Part shown: positions 42,513 through 55,132 of the stretch, in pieces
Layout of the letters: every line of letters starts with the position of its first letter
Position numbering within the stretch: position 1 is the first letter of the stretch
Source: Eledone cirrhosa
Lineage: Eukaryota
Length of the DNA stretch: 64,000 bases
Reading direction: 5' to 3'
Assembly (NCBI GenBank): GCA_964016885.1
Contig: OZ024741.1
Location: 13,020,001 to 13,084,000 of the forward strand
Position numbers and translations under genes: made by a program
Notes under the pieces: generated by a model
What the model was told of the DNA's origin: nothing
Databases searched by the model: none
Seen by the model: only the letters and a program-made list of their open reading frames with translations

Positions 42513-43339
42513 GATAAGGTTTTGCTAATTAAGACTTTATTTAATACTCCATACTTCGTGAAACTAGAGGGTAGGTATAATTATAGATACCTACTACGTT
42601 TTGATGGCAAAATATTTCACCAACTTAATGATTTACATACAAACATCTTCATAAGTTGGAGGGTAATTAGTATTCAAGGCCATATTTAGACGTTGGGCGG
42701 CCTTGTGTGGCGCTGGGCAGGTTAGGTTTGGTCGGCCCCTCATATAACAACACTCACTTTAAGGCCCCATTTCTAGCTCTGTTATTACAAGTTATCATGG
42801 GGGTTTGTTCGAAGAGAGGGGCCTTGTTCGGAAAGGAGCCCTGTTCTTAGAAGGGACCCTGTTGGACCTGGGGTACCCAGGCATTCATTCCCACCACCCC
42901 ATGATAAATGCTGCCCAGTTTGTATTCATTCCTTAACTAGGCAAGTAGGAAAGTGGTAGTATATATAGATCGCAGAATTTCTCTCTCTTCATCAATTCTA
43001 TTCGGTCTAATGAATACCTAAATACTGAATTCCATGGTCTTTGAAGGCCCCATATATCCTTAAACTACAATTTATGAAGAACAGTTCTTATAGAATCAAC
43101 TCTAAGTCGTTGAAATTTATACCAGAAATTTATACCAGAAATTTATGGTATTCTTTACTCCAATGTAAGGGCGCTAGATTATCAGTTTTCTTGGGAGCCG
43201 CAAGTGTCACCCTGGGTCTGCCACCCCAGGTGTCACCCTTGCTCTGTCTGTCTCCCCACCAGTAGTTTACCGTTGTTTCTCTAACTTGTACTTCACAGGC
43301 TTCACGACAGGAATGAAATTTAGAAGCAGTCGTCCCCCC

Positions 43340-43787
43340 AAGGAAGCCTGCACAGTGCACTCTACATAGGAATGGAGTTCCAATGTATGTGGAGAAGTAT
43401 CTCCAGTATCTGTTCACAAGAGATGGAAGGCAGGAGGCTGAATTAAGTGCAAGAAATGCAGGAGCTGGTGCAGTAATGCCCCAGCTTCAGCACTCAGTAA
43501 TCAGAAAAAGGGAGGTGGTGGTAAAAGCCAAACTCGCTGTCTTCAATTTAGTATTCGTGCCAACACTTACTTATGGTTATGAATCTTATCGCGAATACAA
43601 GCGGCCGAAATGGGGTTCCTCTGAAGGGTCTTTGGAGTAACGTTACTCGACAGAGTGTAGCTCGGAGATGAGAGGATCACTCCGTGTAGAGCCGCTACTT
43701 CTACCCCCTCTCAGGAATAGTGGGTGAAGAAGAAGAAGAAGAAGAAGAAGAAGAAGAAGAAGAAGAAGAAGAAGAAGAAGAAGAAGA
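43340..43787 (+). mobile_element. RTE-clade (Expander/Rex3-like) LINE fragment with (GAA)n tail
   Basis: VEKYLQYLFTRDGRQEAELSAR...AKLAVFNLVFVPTLTYGYES, then after a frameshift RIQAAEMGFL; ends in about 20 GAA units. Confidence 0.75.
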
Positions 43788-44129
43788 TATAGTCGCCAAA
43801 ATACAAATAACTATGATAATAGCGGATAACTTAGTGTAAAGTTATTTGCAATGTCGAGACTTTGTAAACTGTTACATTTCGAGATCAATAAAATCTCCAT
43901 CAACACTTCAGATAGTCATTAAAATTATCTTACTATTCTTAAGGTTAGTACTCTCGGGTCCCAAAAAGGAGAGTGGGGTACAAGGAGGGGAGTTGGAATA
44001 AGCCGGGGGAGGGGAAGCATCGAAAAATTGTAATTTTTCTAGGTTGTCTCCATAGATTTAAAAAAAAAGCCGAATTAGTCGTTTAGTTTACATATTGAGA
44101 TCCCAACCCATCCTATTTATTTTATAACA

Positions 44130-44300
44130 TATGGGATTTCTAGTAATGTACTTTTTTGTCATATATAATGTTTTTTAATATATCAAGAAAATTGTCGCAG
44201 GGATGCTACTACTTAAAATAAAATTTCGCCGGAGATTTAGCAAAATTTAATAAACGGGTGTGTCTGAAAAGTTAATAAGTGGGGCGGGGGTCTATTATAC
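44130..44300. repeat. Unclassified dispersed repeat; second copy at about 56885-57095
   Basis: Shared TGGGATTTCT...TTTTTTGTCATATATAATGTTTTTTAAT and AATAAAATTTCGCCGGAGA..TTAGCAAAATTTAATAA. Confidence 0.75.
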
Positions 44301-44521
44301 GAGAGTAATAGAATAGAATCATTGAAACGTCAGATAAAATGTTTAATTTTCAATAAAGTGTTTTTAATGACCGTGGGGCGAGGGCTCCCGTTTATATCGA
44401 ATAGTGAGAAATGGAGAGAGTGAGAGAGACAGAGGCAGTGAGTGAAAGAGAGAGAGTATCAATACACACACGCACATGTACCCTGCTCTCTCTCTCTATC
44501 TATCTAAAAAGAAAGGAAAGT

Positions 44522-44554
<33 letters not shown>

Positions 44555-44567
44555 ATATGTGTGTGTA

Positions 44568-44598
<31 letters not shown>

Positions 44599-44621
44599 GT
44601 GTGTGTGTGTATATATATATA

Positions 44622-44707
<86 letters not shown>

Positions 44708-44928
44708 AACTTTACTCTGTACTAAAAATAAATATTTGCTCTACGGGTTTATATATACTTCTTTATATATATAATCCTTATCGAGTCCTCCTCGGAATTG
44801 GGTCTCCGTAATTATTATTATTATCATTGCCCATTTCTACCGTCCTGTATTGTCCTGTACTGTCCTTAATGTCTACTTTATGTAAACCCTTGTGGTTAAT
44901 AAAGAAAGCATTATTATCATTATCAACG

Positions 44929-45135
44929 TGCGGTGGATTGGCAGTATCGGTAGAGAGTCGGACGCCATGCTTTGCAGCATAGTGACGTCCCTTTACGGTC
45001 TGAGTTCAAATCCCGCCGAGGTTAACTTTGACTTTCATCCTTACGGGCTCGATAAAATAAAGTACCAGTAATACACTGGGATAATTGCTGGCCTTGTGCC
45101 AAAAGTAGAAACAATTATTATCATTATCATTATTA
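44929..45135 (+). mobile_element. Full tRNA-derived SINE with (ATT)n tail
   Basis: A box TGGCAGTATCGG, B box GTTCAAATCC, core CTTTCATCCTTACGGG.TCGATAAAATAAAGTACCAG, tail GGCCTTGTGCCAAAAGTAGAAACAATTATT. Confidence 0.88.
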
Positions 45136-45380
45136 CCCGCCGCCTTCCTTAGGTCAAGAAGAGCAGGAAATCTTCCTCTGTCTGGTGGCCGTTGCGAAAG
45201 AGGTTATATGGTGGACCAGGTTAAAAGGACTGAAGACAGACACTTTTCTCTTCGGCCAATCCCTCATCAACTTTTTCAACTTTCACCTGGAAAGGAAGGT
45301 GAGGGTGGAGAGAGAAGTGCTGCTCCCCCCCCCCCCCCCCCCCCAGTACATTTGCTAAAAGGTAGATGAATGTGGCGAGA
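45136..45380 (+). mobile_element. Tx1-type LINE ORF2 C-terminal fragment
   Basis: PPPSLGQEEQEIFLCLVAVAKEVIWWTRLKGLKTDTFLFGQSLINFFNFHLERKVRVEREVL aligns by eye with the end of ORF 49345-50169. Confidence 0.85.
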
Positions 45381-45640
45381 AGAGTATTACATTGGGGAAA
45401 CCGGAACGGGACTACATAAACAACAAATTAAAGACCCCACAGTCAGAAATACCACATGTAGCGCACACTTTGCATCATGCGGGAAGGGAAAATTCACAAT
45501 CTTCCCTTTCTTCAAGATATGGTCGGATAACGAACATTTCCGTAGATATAAAGAAGAATTCTTCATTGAAAAATTTAAACCACTACTGAACACGAAAAAA
45601 TGAATTAACACTCGGAGGTAAAATTCCATTTCACTAACCC
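45381..45640 (+). mobile_element. Penelope-like element GIY-YIG endonuclease C-terminal fragment
   Basis: YYIGETG...HKQQI...CSAHF...RRYKEEFFIEKFKPLLN matches the YIG half-motif and the R..E..FI..F.P.LN end of PLE endonucleases. Confidence 0.82.
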
Positions 45641-45654
45641 CCCCTCTTCTTATG

Positions 45655-45749
45655 TGTACACATGAATATATGTATGTATATGTATATATATATATATGTA
45701 TATGTATATGTATGTATGTATGTATGTGTGTATGTATGTGTTTGTATGT

Positions 45750-45810
<61 letters not shown>

Positions 45811-46102
45811 TATATGTATGTGTATATATATGTATATGTGTGTATGTGTCTGTATGTGTTTATGTGTATATATATATATATATGTGTGTGTGTATGCATC
45901 TATATATATATATATATATGTGTGTATGTGTGTGTGTGTATGCATGTATGTGTGAACGGATGTATATATACGGACATATGTATATGTGTGTGTGTGTGCA
46001 TGTGTGTGTACACGTGTGTGTGTGTGTGTGTGTATGTGTGTGTGTATGTGTATATATGTATATTTAGTTATGTATCTTTATGTGTGTATATATATGTATA
46101 TG

Positions 46103-46140
<38 letters not shown>

Positions 46141-46330
46141 CATGTGGAGGTATGAGTACATATTCGTGTGTGTACGTATGTGTATATGTGTTTTTATATG
46201 TGTCTTTATATGTTTTTATGTATGTATGTGGATGTATATGTACATGGGTGTGTGATTGATGGTGTGTGCCTATATATTCCTACATATGCCCGTGTGTGTA
46301 TGTACGTATATACGCACATATGTGTGTGTT
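45655..46330. repeat. Compound (TA)/(TG) microsatellite; similar tracts at 37.9-39.4, 41.0-41.25, 44.5-44.7 and 53.9-54.4 kb
   Basis: Directly visible. Confidence 0.95.
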
Positions 46331-46894
46331 GAACAAAGGACTAATTTTGGGATGGACGTAGAAAAATTCTTCAGAAAAAAATAATTGTTTACAAGCTTGG
46401 CAGGTGCGGTTTGCCTGTGACCATTTTCGATACAAAGGAATACTAAAAGCTTTTTCCCCTGAATAAAGGAATTTTTGGAGAATGACCGGGGCAGGCCGTG
46501 CTTGCTACATTTCTCCCCACCCAATCCTACTCACTGTCTCAACTCATTACTGCTATTAACATTTTTTCAACACACCTACACCCCTACACTTATTAAAGGG
46601 GGAGAAAAAAAAACCACCGCACCACAAACATGTTAAATCCCTATATATAGAACAACACACCACATACACATCAGTTTGACAAGCGCACCTCAGCGTGAAA
46701 GGTCTTTCTAAAAACGAAACCATACCTCCTACGTTAACCAAGAACTCCTAAGACCTAACCAACAACCAACGACTCAATTTATAAAATTTTTTTTTTTTTT
46801 TTTTTCTAATCCGGAAAAAAATTCTTTTTGGATTTTGTGAAGAAAATAAATTTGTTGAAAGCACAAGTGAAGCCATTTTTTTCTTCCCCCCTGT

Positions 46895-46930
<36 letters not shown>

Positions 46931-47171
46931 AAAATTCCAAACTTGACTGTCACCACACATTAAGAACCTGAAGATTGCGAAAGCATGAAAGTACTTGTTC
47001 AATTAACACTTAACATTTAATATACTATCATACTATTTCATTCTAATACCATTATAAATTTTAAAGGATTGTAAATAAAACGAGTAAATCAGACAAAGTT
47101 GGAATTCCTCTTATTAATATAATCTTCTATACACAATCATACACACCCGTGTATATTTATTTATCTATCTA

Positions 47172-47214
<43 letters not shown>

Positions 47215-47642
47215 GGCTGGAGTGAATATCAACAGAACTGCTAATGTAGAAGTAAGTGTATGTGTGCAAGTGTATTAGACGTGTGTGTGTGAGGGACATT
47301 TTGTATATGCGTGCGTGTCTGTGTGAGTGTGTGCCTCTGTGTGTCTGTGTGAGTGTATGTCTGTGTGTGTCTGTGTGAGTGTGTGTGGGAGTATTGTGGT
47401 GGAGGTGACGGTGGAGCAAAGCCTGACTGAAATATGATCTTGTGGAACTGAATACGGTAACACCAGCGGTAACAACAACAACAACAACAACAGCTTCAAC
47501 ACCACACACAACCACCACCGCACCACCACCAAGAACAACAACAACGACAACATTAAAAGAGATAAGTAACAAGTAGTCAGGTATATAATGTTACATTTCT
47601 TTTTTTAGAAAAAAATCACAATTAGCTTGATGTCTTTGGTGT

Positions 47643-47682
<40 letters not shown>

Positions 47683-47690
<8 letters not shown>

Positions 47691-48513
47691 ACATGGCGTG
47701 CTGCGTGGTTGCAAATGGGTTCCATATGAATAAATTTAGTCCTTCATCAGTGATCTGCCAACCTTCATTGGTATTTGATCGCTTTAAAGTCCGTATACCT
47801 CCGGTTGGTGCGAGCAACGGCTAAAGAAAGTCGTTGGGACACGTAAATAAGGGGAACGAGCGAGACTGTAAACAATCAAAGATGGTAAGGCAACGAAAAG
47901 TGAGGAAGAAAGAGTCAAGTCCCTGAAATCGATGAACATAAGTTCTGTGAAAATGTGGACGAGAGAGAATAAAGACCATCAAACCTGGTCAAAGTGTGAG
48001 TGAGGAAAGAATTTAGCACAGGTCCAACGGGAGGAAGTAGGAGATAGGAGAGGGAGTAGCAGAGAGTGAGTGAGTGAAAGGTGATGAAGAGGCTAACAGA
48101 GAGGGTGACTGTTAGAGGGGGTAAAGGGAAGTGAGAGATACAGAGAAAAGCGGAAGCGGTAAGAAAGAAACAGACGGGTCACAGCGGAGGGAAATATATA
48201 TGTGTGAATATGAAAACATGGCATGCTGCGTGGTTGCAAATGGGTTATATTTCGACCAGGTTTGATGGTCTTTATTCTCTCTCGTCCACGATTTCACAAA
48301 ACTTATGTTCATCGATTTCAGGGACTTGACTCCTTTTTCCTCACTTTTCGTTGCCTTACCAGCTTTGATTGTTTACAGCCTCGCTCGTTCCCCTTATTTA
48401 CGTGTCCCAACGACTTTCTTTAGCCGTTGCTCGCACCAACCGGAGGTATATGGTCTTTAAAGCGATTAAATACCAATGAAGGTTGGCAGATCACTGATGA
48501 AGGGCTAAATTTA

Positions 48514-48520
<7 letters not shown>
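47683..48520. mobile_element. Penelope-like inverted terminal-repeat structure in (TA)n
   Basis: About 267-bp inverted arms (47724-47990 / 48254-48520) containing CTGATGA, plus a ~39-bp direct repeat at 47683 and 48208. Confidence 0.75.
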
Positions 48521-48546
<26 letters not shown>

Positions 48547-48548
<2 letters not shown>

Positions 48549-48790
48549 TGGCTGCCAACTCGTTTTCGAGTACGGCCACTACTTCATATCCATGTAGAAG
48601 AACCCCTACTGATGCGCTGAACGAGTGTGACTTTTTAGTCCAGCCAGCGACTTGAAAACTCTGGTACAAACACTGCACTTGTGACAATTATTGACACATA
48701 GTGCTAGGCCCATGGTACCATGTGACGACAAGTGCAGAGAGATCTCCAGATATAAAGCAATGCCTGTGCCGTGAAGCTTTTATAGTGAGC
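48547..48790 (-). mobile_element. RTE-type LINE 3' end with C2H2 finger
   Basis: Minus frame CSVCTRVFKSLAGLKSHTRSAHQ-stop, then a short 3' UTR running into (TA)n. Confidence 0.6.
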
Positions 48791-49304
48791 AAAGGCACTG
48801 CACAAAGCCAGTCCCACTCTCTTAACCAAGATGATATTTACCAAAAAGAAGAACAAGTCAACATCATTGGATACCATCAGAGTTGCGGGTGTTATATCAG
48901 AGTTTTCCTTCTCCTAGAATTCTGCCTTGACAAAGGCTAAGGGGTCATCTCTCCAGGTGATTTTGGATGGCCATTGACTCTTAAGAGCTCCTTTGCCCTT
49001 TGACAGGTTTTGTTTTTAGTCCTGCAGGATGTCCAAAGTCACCCTCCTCACCAAGAAACCATGAGACAGGTTGTACTGGGATACATGTTACCACTACCAA
49101 CGATGGTAGATTACACCACAAATGTTATATATCATTCAACCTGAATCATATGGGATTTTACAAGATTTCTTACAAGATTTCTCATACATACCATATCAAT
49201 AACCATATTAATATTATAATGCTCAGTATTTATACTTTGAGCTTGTTAATTGCAGGGTATCTATATGAGTTATTAACTCTATATTTTATTTGTATATATA
49301 TATA

Positions 49305-50250
49305 GAGGCTACGGCATCTACAGGTATTCCTCACCGGTCAGCCGGTGTGGGCCCCGTTTGTGAGGCGAGCCTTCCCACAGCTCGTCTCGCTCACCGAGCT
49401 GCAATCCTGGGTGAAGCAAAGACCGATAAAACTGGGCAACTGGCACACCGAGTGTGCCCAGGCGCTCACAGCTCTCTGGCAAGCGGACCCGACTATCAGT
49501 GGAGAATCCACCTCGACATTCTATAGAGGGCTGGTGGCTAGCAAGGGCGACGACACCCTTGGAGAGTCGCTAGGCATGGAGGAGGACGAACTGGCCAGCC
49601 TGTTCGGTAGAACTTTCGGCCCGGGACCCATGGACAACTTCCAGAGGTCCCTAGCCTGGCAGTGCTACCGGGGGGCTCTGCTCGTTCGAGAAAAGCTCTA
49701 CAGACACGGGCGCCCGGGCAGGCATCCCGCGAAAAAGATCTGTCCCAGATGCGTGCGCGACGAGGAAACCGTTGCGCACGCACTAGTACACTGCCCGGGC
49801 GTTGCCGATCTGTGGGGTTACGTCGAACGACAGCTGTCGCGTGTGGCGCCGATTCGATTGGCCGCCGAGTCTGTGGTGAACATCAAGCCGCCTCCTTCCT
49901 TCAGAAATGAAGCAGAGGCGGTCTATCTGTGCGTAATAGCCATGATGAAAGAGGTCGTGTGGTGGACGCGCCTGAAAGGTCTGAGGTCGGGTGACTTTCT
50001 CTCCGGCCAACACCTGGTTTACTTCTTCCGATACCACTTCGGAAGAAGGATCAGGATGGAGAGAGAAGTGCTTGGCCCCAGACAGTTTTATGAAAGGTGG
50101 GTGAAAGAAGCGAGAATGGCTCGTGTAAATGGGCCTTCTCTCTACATTGTTCTGAAGGTGAAGAAGTGAAGAGGAAAGGAGGAGCGCCTCCTCTCTGGGC
50201 TTCCCCCGCGAAAAGGGTTGCACACTTTTCGGGAGTATGTGCAATCCCCA
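49305..50250 (+). mobile_element. 5'-truncated Tx1-type LINE: ORF2 C-terminus (ORF 49345-50169) and probable start of 3' UTR
   Basis: CPRC...EETVAHALVHC zinc knuckle, LAWQCYRGAL, LW..VE and WWTR motifs typical of L1/Tx1 ORF2 ends; begins at a (TA)n run. Confidence 0.88.
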
Positions 50251-51950
50251 ACATAAACAGTTTTTTGTTTTCTTTATTTATATATGTGTATTGCAAAGTC
50301 TTTTTTTGTGATGCTGTCAATGTTTCGAAGAGGGGAGGCGCAGATTTATTTTTGTTTGTCGAGGGTGGGTGTTTTTGATTGGAGTTGGTGTTTGTGTGTG
50401 GGTTATTTGTTGTTGTGGTGTGCTGGGTGTGTGCTTTCGTTTTTTTCTTTTAACTTGTCTGAAGGCTTCTCCTCCTTCTTCCTCAGAAGTTGGGGGAAAC
50501 TCTTCAGCGCTAGGTGGGAGGGACGTGGTGTCTGGTTGTTTTTTTTTGCGGGAGGGGTAGATTTGTTGCTGTTTTTTTATTATTAGTTTGGAATGTGTTT
50601 TGTGGTGGTGGTGGTGATGTTTGTGTCGTGCTTGTGGTTGGTGATGGTGGTGGTGATGTTTGTGTTGTGGTTGGTGATGGTGGTGGTGGTGATTTTTGTG
50701 TCGTGTTTGTGTTTGGTGCTGGTGGTGGTGATGTTTGTGTTGTGCTTGTGGTTGGTGGTGTCTGTATTTTGTTTGCTGTGTGTGGTATTAGTGTATTTTT
50801 GGAGGTGGGTGGTGTTGGTGTACTGTTTGTGGTGGGTGTAGGCAATAGTCCTTTTTGGGGGATACGATTCGGGCAGTTAGCCCTAACGTGTCCCCTTTCT
50901 ATGCATGAATAGCATGCTAGTCTTCTCCCCTCTACAATTATATATATTGGGGTGAGGTCATCCAGCCAGATGCGATCCGGGATTTGCGCTATTCTTTCGG
51001 GCCTCATTTGGACTAGTAGGTCGAGGCCCATTCCCAGGAACGCATCTCCAGATGCCTTCCCCATTGACAGCACTGTGTCCTCGCCCATGTCTATGAAGCC
51101 AGCAATAGCCCACCAGAAGTCCATTGTGGGCAGCATTGTCTGTATTTTGACTCTCTGAGTTCTTCTACCCATGTAGGAGGGATAGAAACTGTATGCTGTT
51201 GATGAGAGTGGGCTTAGGGAAAGCCTCTGTGGTGTTTCCTTGTCTTTTGTTAAAACAGAAATGCTGCCATAGAGTCGGTCCTTTCGTATGAAGGGAATAT
51301 TCTTCATATAGTCTTTTAGGACCAACTCTATCTCCATTTGGCTGGGATGTGATGGCTTTCTCGTGTGGTTTAGAATTGTTCTAAACAGAACAGTGTTTTC
51401 TAGTCTTGTTTTCTTGAATTCTGGGGGGGAATTAATGGAAAACATTCCGTTCTCCCCCAAGACTCTGTGCTTTTTTGCTTCTGCCAGTTTTTCTCTGGCG
51501 GCAGTCAAGTCAATAGGTGTATATATTATAAATTTTTTTGTTGTCTGGGCGAAAGTCGCCTTGTTTTTTGTATTCTTATTTTCTGTTTGTTTGTTTTTCG
51601 TTTGCTCATTTTCCGTAACATTTGTTTTTTCATTTTCCTTGTTTGTTTCGTTGTCTAGTTTTGTTGTATCCATTTTTTGTTCTTCAGACTTGGGGCGCGT
51701 GGCAGAGCTAATGGCAGACATGTCTGCCATCTTTCCCGCCATGCGTCCAAGAAAGAAGTTTTACAGAAAAATAGTTATTTATTTTACCCCTTAAAAAGGG
51801 GGTAAATGTAAAAATGTTTCCCTAAATAACAGGGGTAAGTGTTCCAAATGTGTTGCACTGAAAAAATTCACTGGTACTTACTATAGTAAGGGTAAATTCC
51901 GATAGAATAGCAGAGCCGATGTGAAGCGTGTCTCACTCTATCAAGATAGA
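50250..51950 (-). mobile_element. Tx1-type LINE 5' UTR and ORF1 (50510-51742, continuing past a frameshift to about 50250)
   Basis: CYSCIERGHVRANC CCHC knuckle. FYPSYMGRRTQRVKI and IIVEGRR match the ORF1 at 60.3-62.2 kb. Pro/Thr-rich tail. Confidence 0.85.
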
Positions 51951-52015
51951 TAGATAGATAATATTACTGAGAAGACTCTGAGTCTCGTGTTAGCAGCAGA
52001 GAGCAATATAATAAA

Positions 52016-52700
52016 TCTATACTATAAAGCTGACGGCCGTATGTAACAAACTTTCCGCCAAGCGGCTGGACCAAACAATACCAAATTTGCACCATAGATG
52101 TAACTTTTTCCAAGAAAGTGAGGCTATTTTTGTCTGCTGAATTTTGTTAAAAGATTAAAGACATTATTTAAATATTCACTTCTTTAAAATTTCAAATGTC
52201 AACACTTCCGGTTATACGATATTCCTAACGTCTTCGCGAACCAAAGTATCATCTTACTGTTTTCTTTCGGTTGCAACGTTTTTCGAAATATTTACTTCTG
52301 CGTTCATGCATTGATTTTTTTAGTTTCAGAAGATCCCATTAAGGGTGAAAGCGGCGATTCTTTGCTTAAACTTTAATCTGTTATTTTAATATATATATAT
52401 AATTATATATTCGTGTACAGATATTTTTGCTTACACAAAAACAAAATATAAACAAACGTATTTATTTCACGAAATCACAAACGGCTTATTGTCATTGTTA
52501 CTGCCGATATGCCTCCCAAAAAGTCCTTGCCTGGCCGCAAGATCAGATTTTCCAGAAGAAAAAATGTTACTAGAGCAACAGAGAGACTAAGCTTCGCGAT
52601 TACCATCAACAAAGCTTAGGGTCAAACCTTAAAAGTGGCTGGCCTTCATCTGAGAAAACCATGGTCAATTGTATGTAGGATGCTCTAGGGTGAGCTAAGG
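52016..52700 (+). mobile_element. Internally deleted Helitron retaining a Pif1-like helicase remnant (3' end not fixed)
   Basis: 5' A|TCTATACTATAAAGCTGA. 52587-52690 reads LSFAITINKA*GQTLKVAGLHLRKP / HGQLYVGCSR, the C-terminal helicase motifs. Confidence 0.78.
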
Positions 52701-53320
52701 AAGAGGAAGGAGAGAAGGAGAAAAGAAACCTACAATGAAAGAAGATCTTAAAGTTTACTCAAGCCAAATGTTGTATTTATTAACATTTCTATCTCCAGAT
52801 TCTTAGCAAGCTTACTGGCGCTTTAGTATGGTATTCAATTCTCATATCATTTTTTATTGATATGGTGCATATATCGCAGCTATTCATATGTTTTAAACAT
52901 TAGATAACGATTGTTGATGTATATTGTACGACAGAATTAGCTGAAAAATATTTTGAATGAACAAATAAAAGAGATATAAAAGAGCGATGTTTGTTGGTTG
53001 GTTCCTTCGCGTATCACACGAAAAGAAACGAAAAGTGACAATCGGAAAGTATGTACAGGATTGGGATAAGAGTATATCCAGGAAAGTTTATTGATACTAA
53101 TTTTATAACACAAAAGAAGAAGAAAGACATTCCACGTATGCTAACCAACCTGACTGCTATTTCTAGCAAGTTGGGAATCAACCATAAGGGATTCTCTCTC
53201 AAGTTCGTTGTCAGTGATGATCGCGTTTCGCGGCGTATGTCTCCGATTTGAACCGTGGTTTACACACATACACGCACACGAACACTGGCACAGACACACA
53301 CACACACACACACACATACA

Positions 53321-53368
<48 letters not shown>

Positions 53369-53502
53369 AACACACACAAACATACACACACACACACAAT
53401 ACACACACACACTGTAAACAAGACAATGCATTCAATACAGACGTTTTCTCTTCTGCCGGTCTTCTCTTATCATTTGTTAACCTTACCTCAGCTAGTATAT
53501 AA

Positions 53503-53890
53503 TCTTCTATATATATAAAAGCGAGGATGTGTGTGTGTCTGTGTACAACTTTGGATACCTAAGGCTTTTACAATTACCAACCGAATTTGACCAAATTTTC
53601 TGTGCACGTTGTACAGGTCACTAAGAGGGTCACATCGCAAAAATCTTTCAAATCGATCCACGTTGAGCAATAAAAAAAATCGATATCAAAATTATCGGTA
53701 GCAAAATTGATGTAAGGGAGATAACCAACTTTATTGACAATCCTTATAAAAAAAAGGGCGATAACCAACTTTATTGACAGAAATATAAACATCAGATTCA
53801 TTTGAAGATAAATCACTAATATTATCGTTTGTTTCTTGTTTATTCTTTGTTGCATTTCAAACCCCGGGCAACGCCGGGTAAATCTGCTAG
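53503..53890 (+). mobile_element. Short non-autonomous Helitron
   Basis: A|TCTTCTATATATATAAAA start, subterminal hairpin CCCGG-GCAACG-CCGGG and CTGCTAG|T end. Confidence 0.85.
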
Positions 53891-54249
53891 TATTCTCTAA
53901 TTTGATATTGAGCGTTTTCCTCGTGTTTATATAAAACTTCCTATATATATATATATACGTATATATATATATATATATATATGTCCGTGTTTGTCTCTGT
54001 GTGTCTGTGTGTGTGTCCGTGTGTATCTGTGTGTGTCCGTGTTTGTCTGTGTGTGTCTGTGTGTGTGTCCGTGTGTATCTGTGTGTGTCTGTGTGTGTCC
54101 GTGTTTGTCTGTGTGTGTCTCTGTGTGTGTCCGTGTGTATCTGTGTGTGTCTGTGTGTATGTCCGTGTTTGTTTGTGTGTGTCTCTGTGTGTGTCCGTGT
54201 GTATCTGTGTGTGTATCTGTGTTTGTCTCTGTGTGTGCCTGTGTGTGTC

Positions 54250-54281
<32 letters not shown>

Positions 54282-54764
54282 TATTTGTGTGTGTCTGTGT
54301 GTGTCTGTGTGTGTGTCCGTGTTTGTCTCTGTGTGTGTATCTGTGTGTATCTGTGTGTGTGTATATGTGTGTCTGTGTGTGTCTGTGTGTTAGTAACTAG
54401 TAATGCTGATATAATACAGAGAACGTTGACAGTGACAATAGAACAGGTGATATAAAGGAGAGAAATGTAGTGAACTGAAAGAGAATAGGCTGTCATTCTT
54501 TATCTGTAAAAGAGGGGTTAATATTGTAGAATATCTCCCAGATTGCTACATTTCATATCAATTTTAATTCAAAGAGGAAATAACTCGCAAACGAAGTTTC
54601 TATCCACTTGAAATCGTTTTTCTTACTATTTAACGTATAAATATCCACTCTAATTTCCTTCGTTTGGTGTCTTAATGATACTAATTTAATTTAATTATTG
54701 TGTGAGTGGGAAAACTACCAAAGGTGTACCAGTCCTATTCGACAGTTTCGCTTCAGTATTCAGT

Positions 54765-54810
<46 letters not shown>

Positions 54811-55032
54811 CATATATCAAAGGTATATATTGAGTTAGAAACTCAAAATAGGCTCTTACAATTAAATAGCTCAAAGATATATATATATAACATTAATGAG
54901 AATAAATGTTACTCCTTTACTAGGTGTATTTTAGCTCAATGCTATGACAGAATCAAACAGAGCCAGTATATGTGATTATAAACCACAAATTAAAAGTTCA
55001 AGACATTTAATCTCTAACAATTGTTTCTTCCC

Positions 55033-55132
55033 ATAATAATCGTTTTTACTTTTGACACAAGGCCAGCAATTACCCAGTGCATTACTGGTACTTTATTTTA
55101 TCAACCCCGTGAGGATGAAAGGCAAAGTTACC
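55033..55132 (-). mobile_element. SINE 3' half
   Basis: Reverse complement of the core and tail of the 44929 SINE. Confidence 0.8.

Noticed and set aside
42676-42920. Possible hAT-like MITE
   Set aside because: Terminal repeats are too degenerate and no target duplication was found.
44929-45020. tRNA genes at A-box/B-box sites
   Set aside because: No cloverleaf is evident, and each continues into a shared SINE core and (ATT)n tail.
46330-47620. Possible host exon or UTR in apparently unique sequence
   Set aside because: No recognisable protein motif or consistent splice structure; cannot be supported without transcripts.
48895-49075. Possible RTE 5' UTR-like fragment (GAGTTTTCCTTCTCCTAG...AAGGCTAAG)
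   Set aside because: The resemblance is from memory over a short stretch only, and boundaries are not definable.
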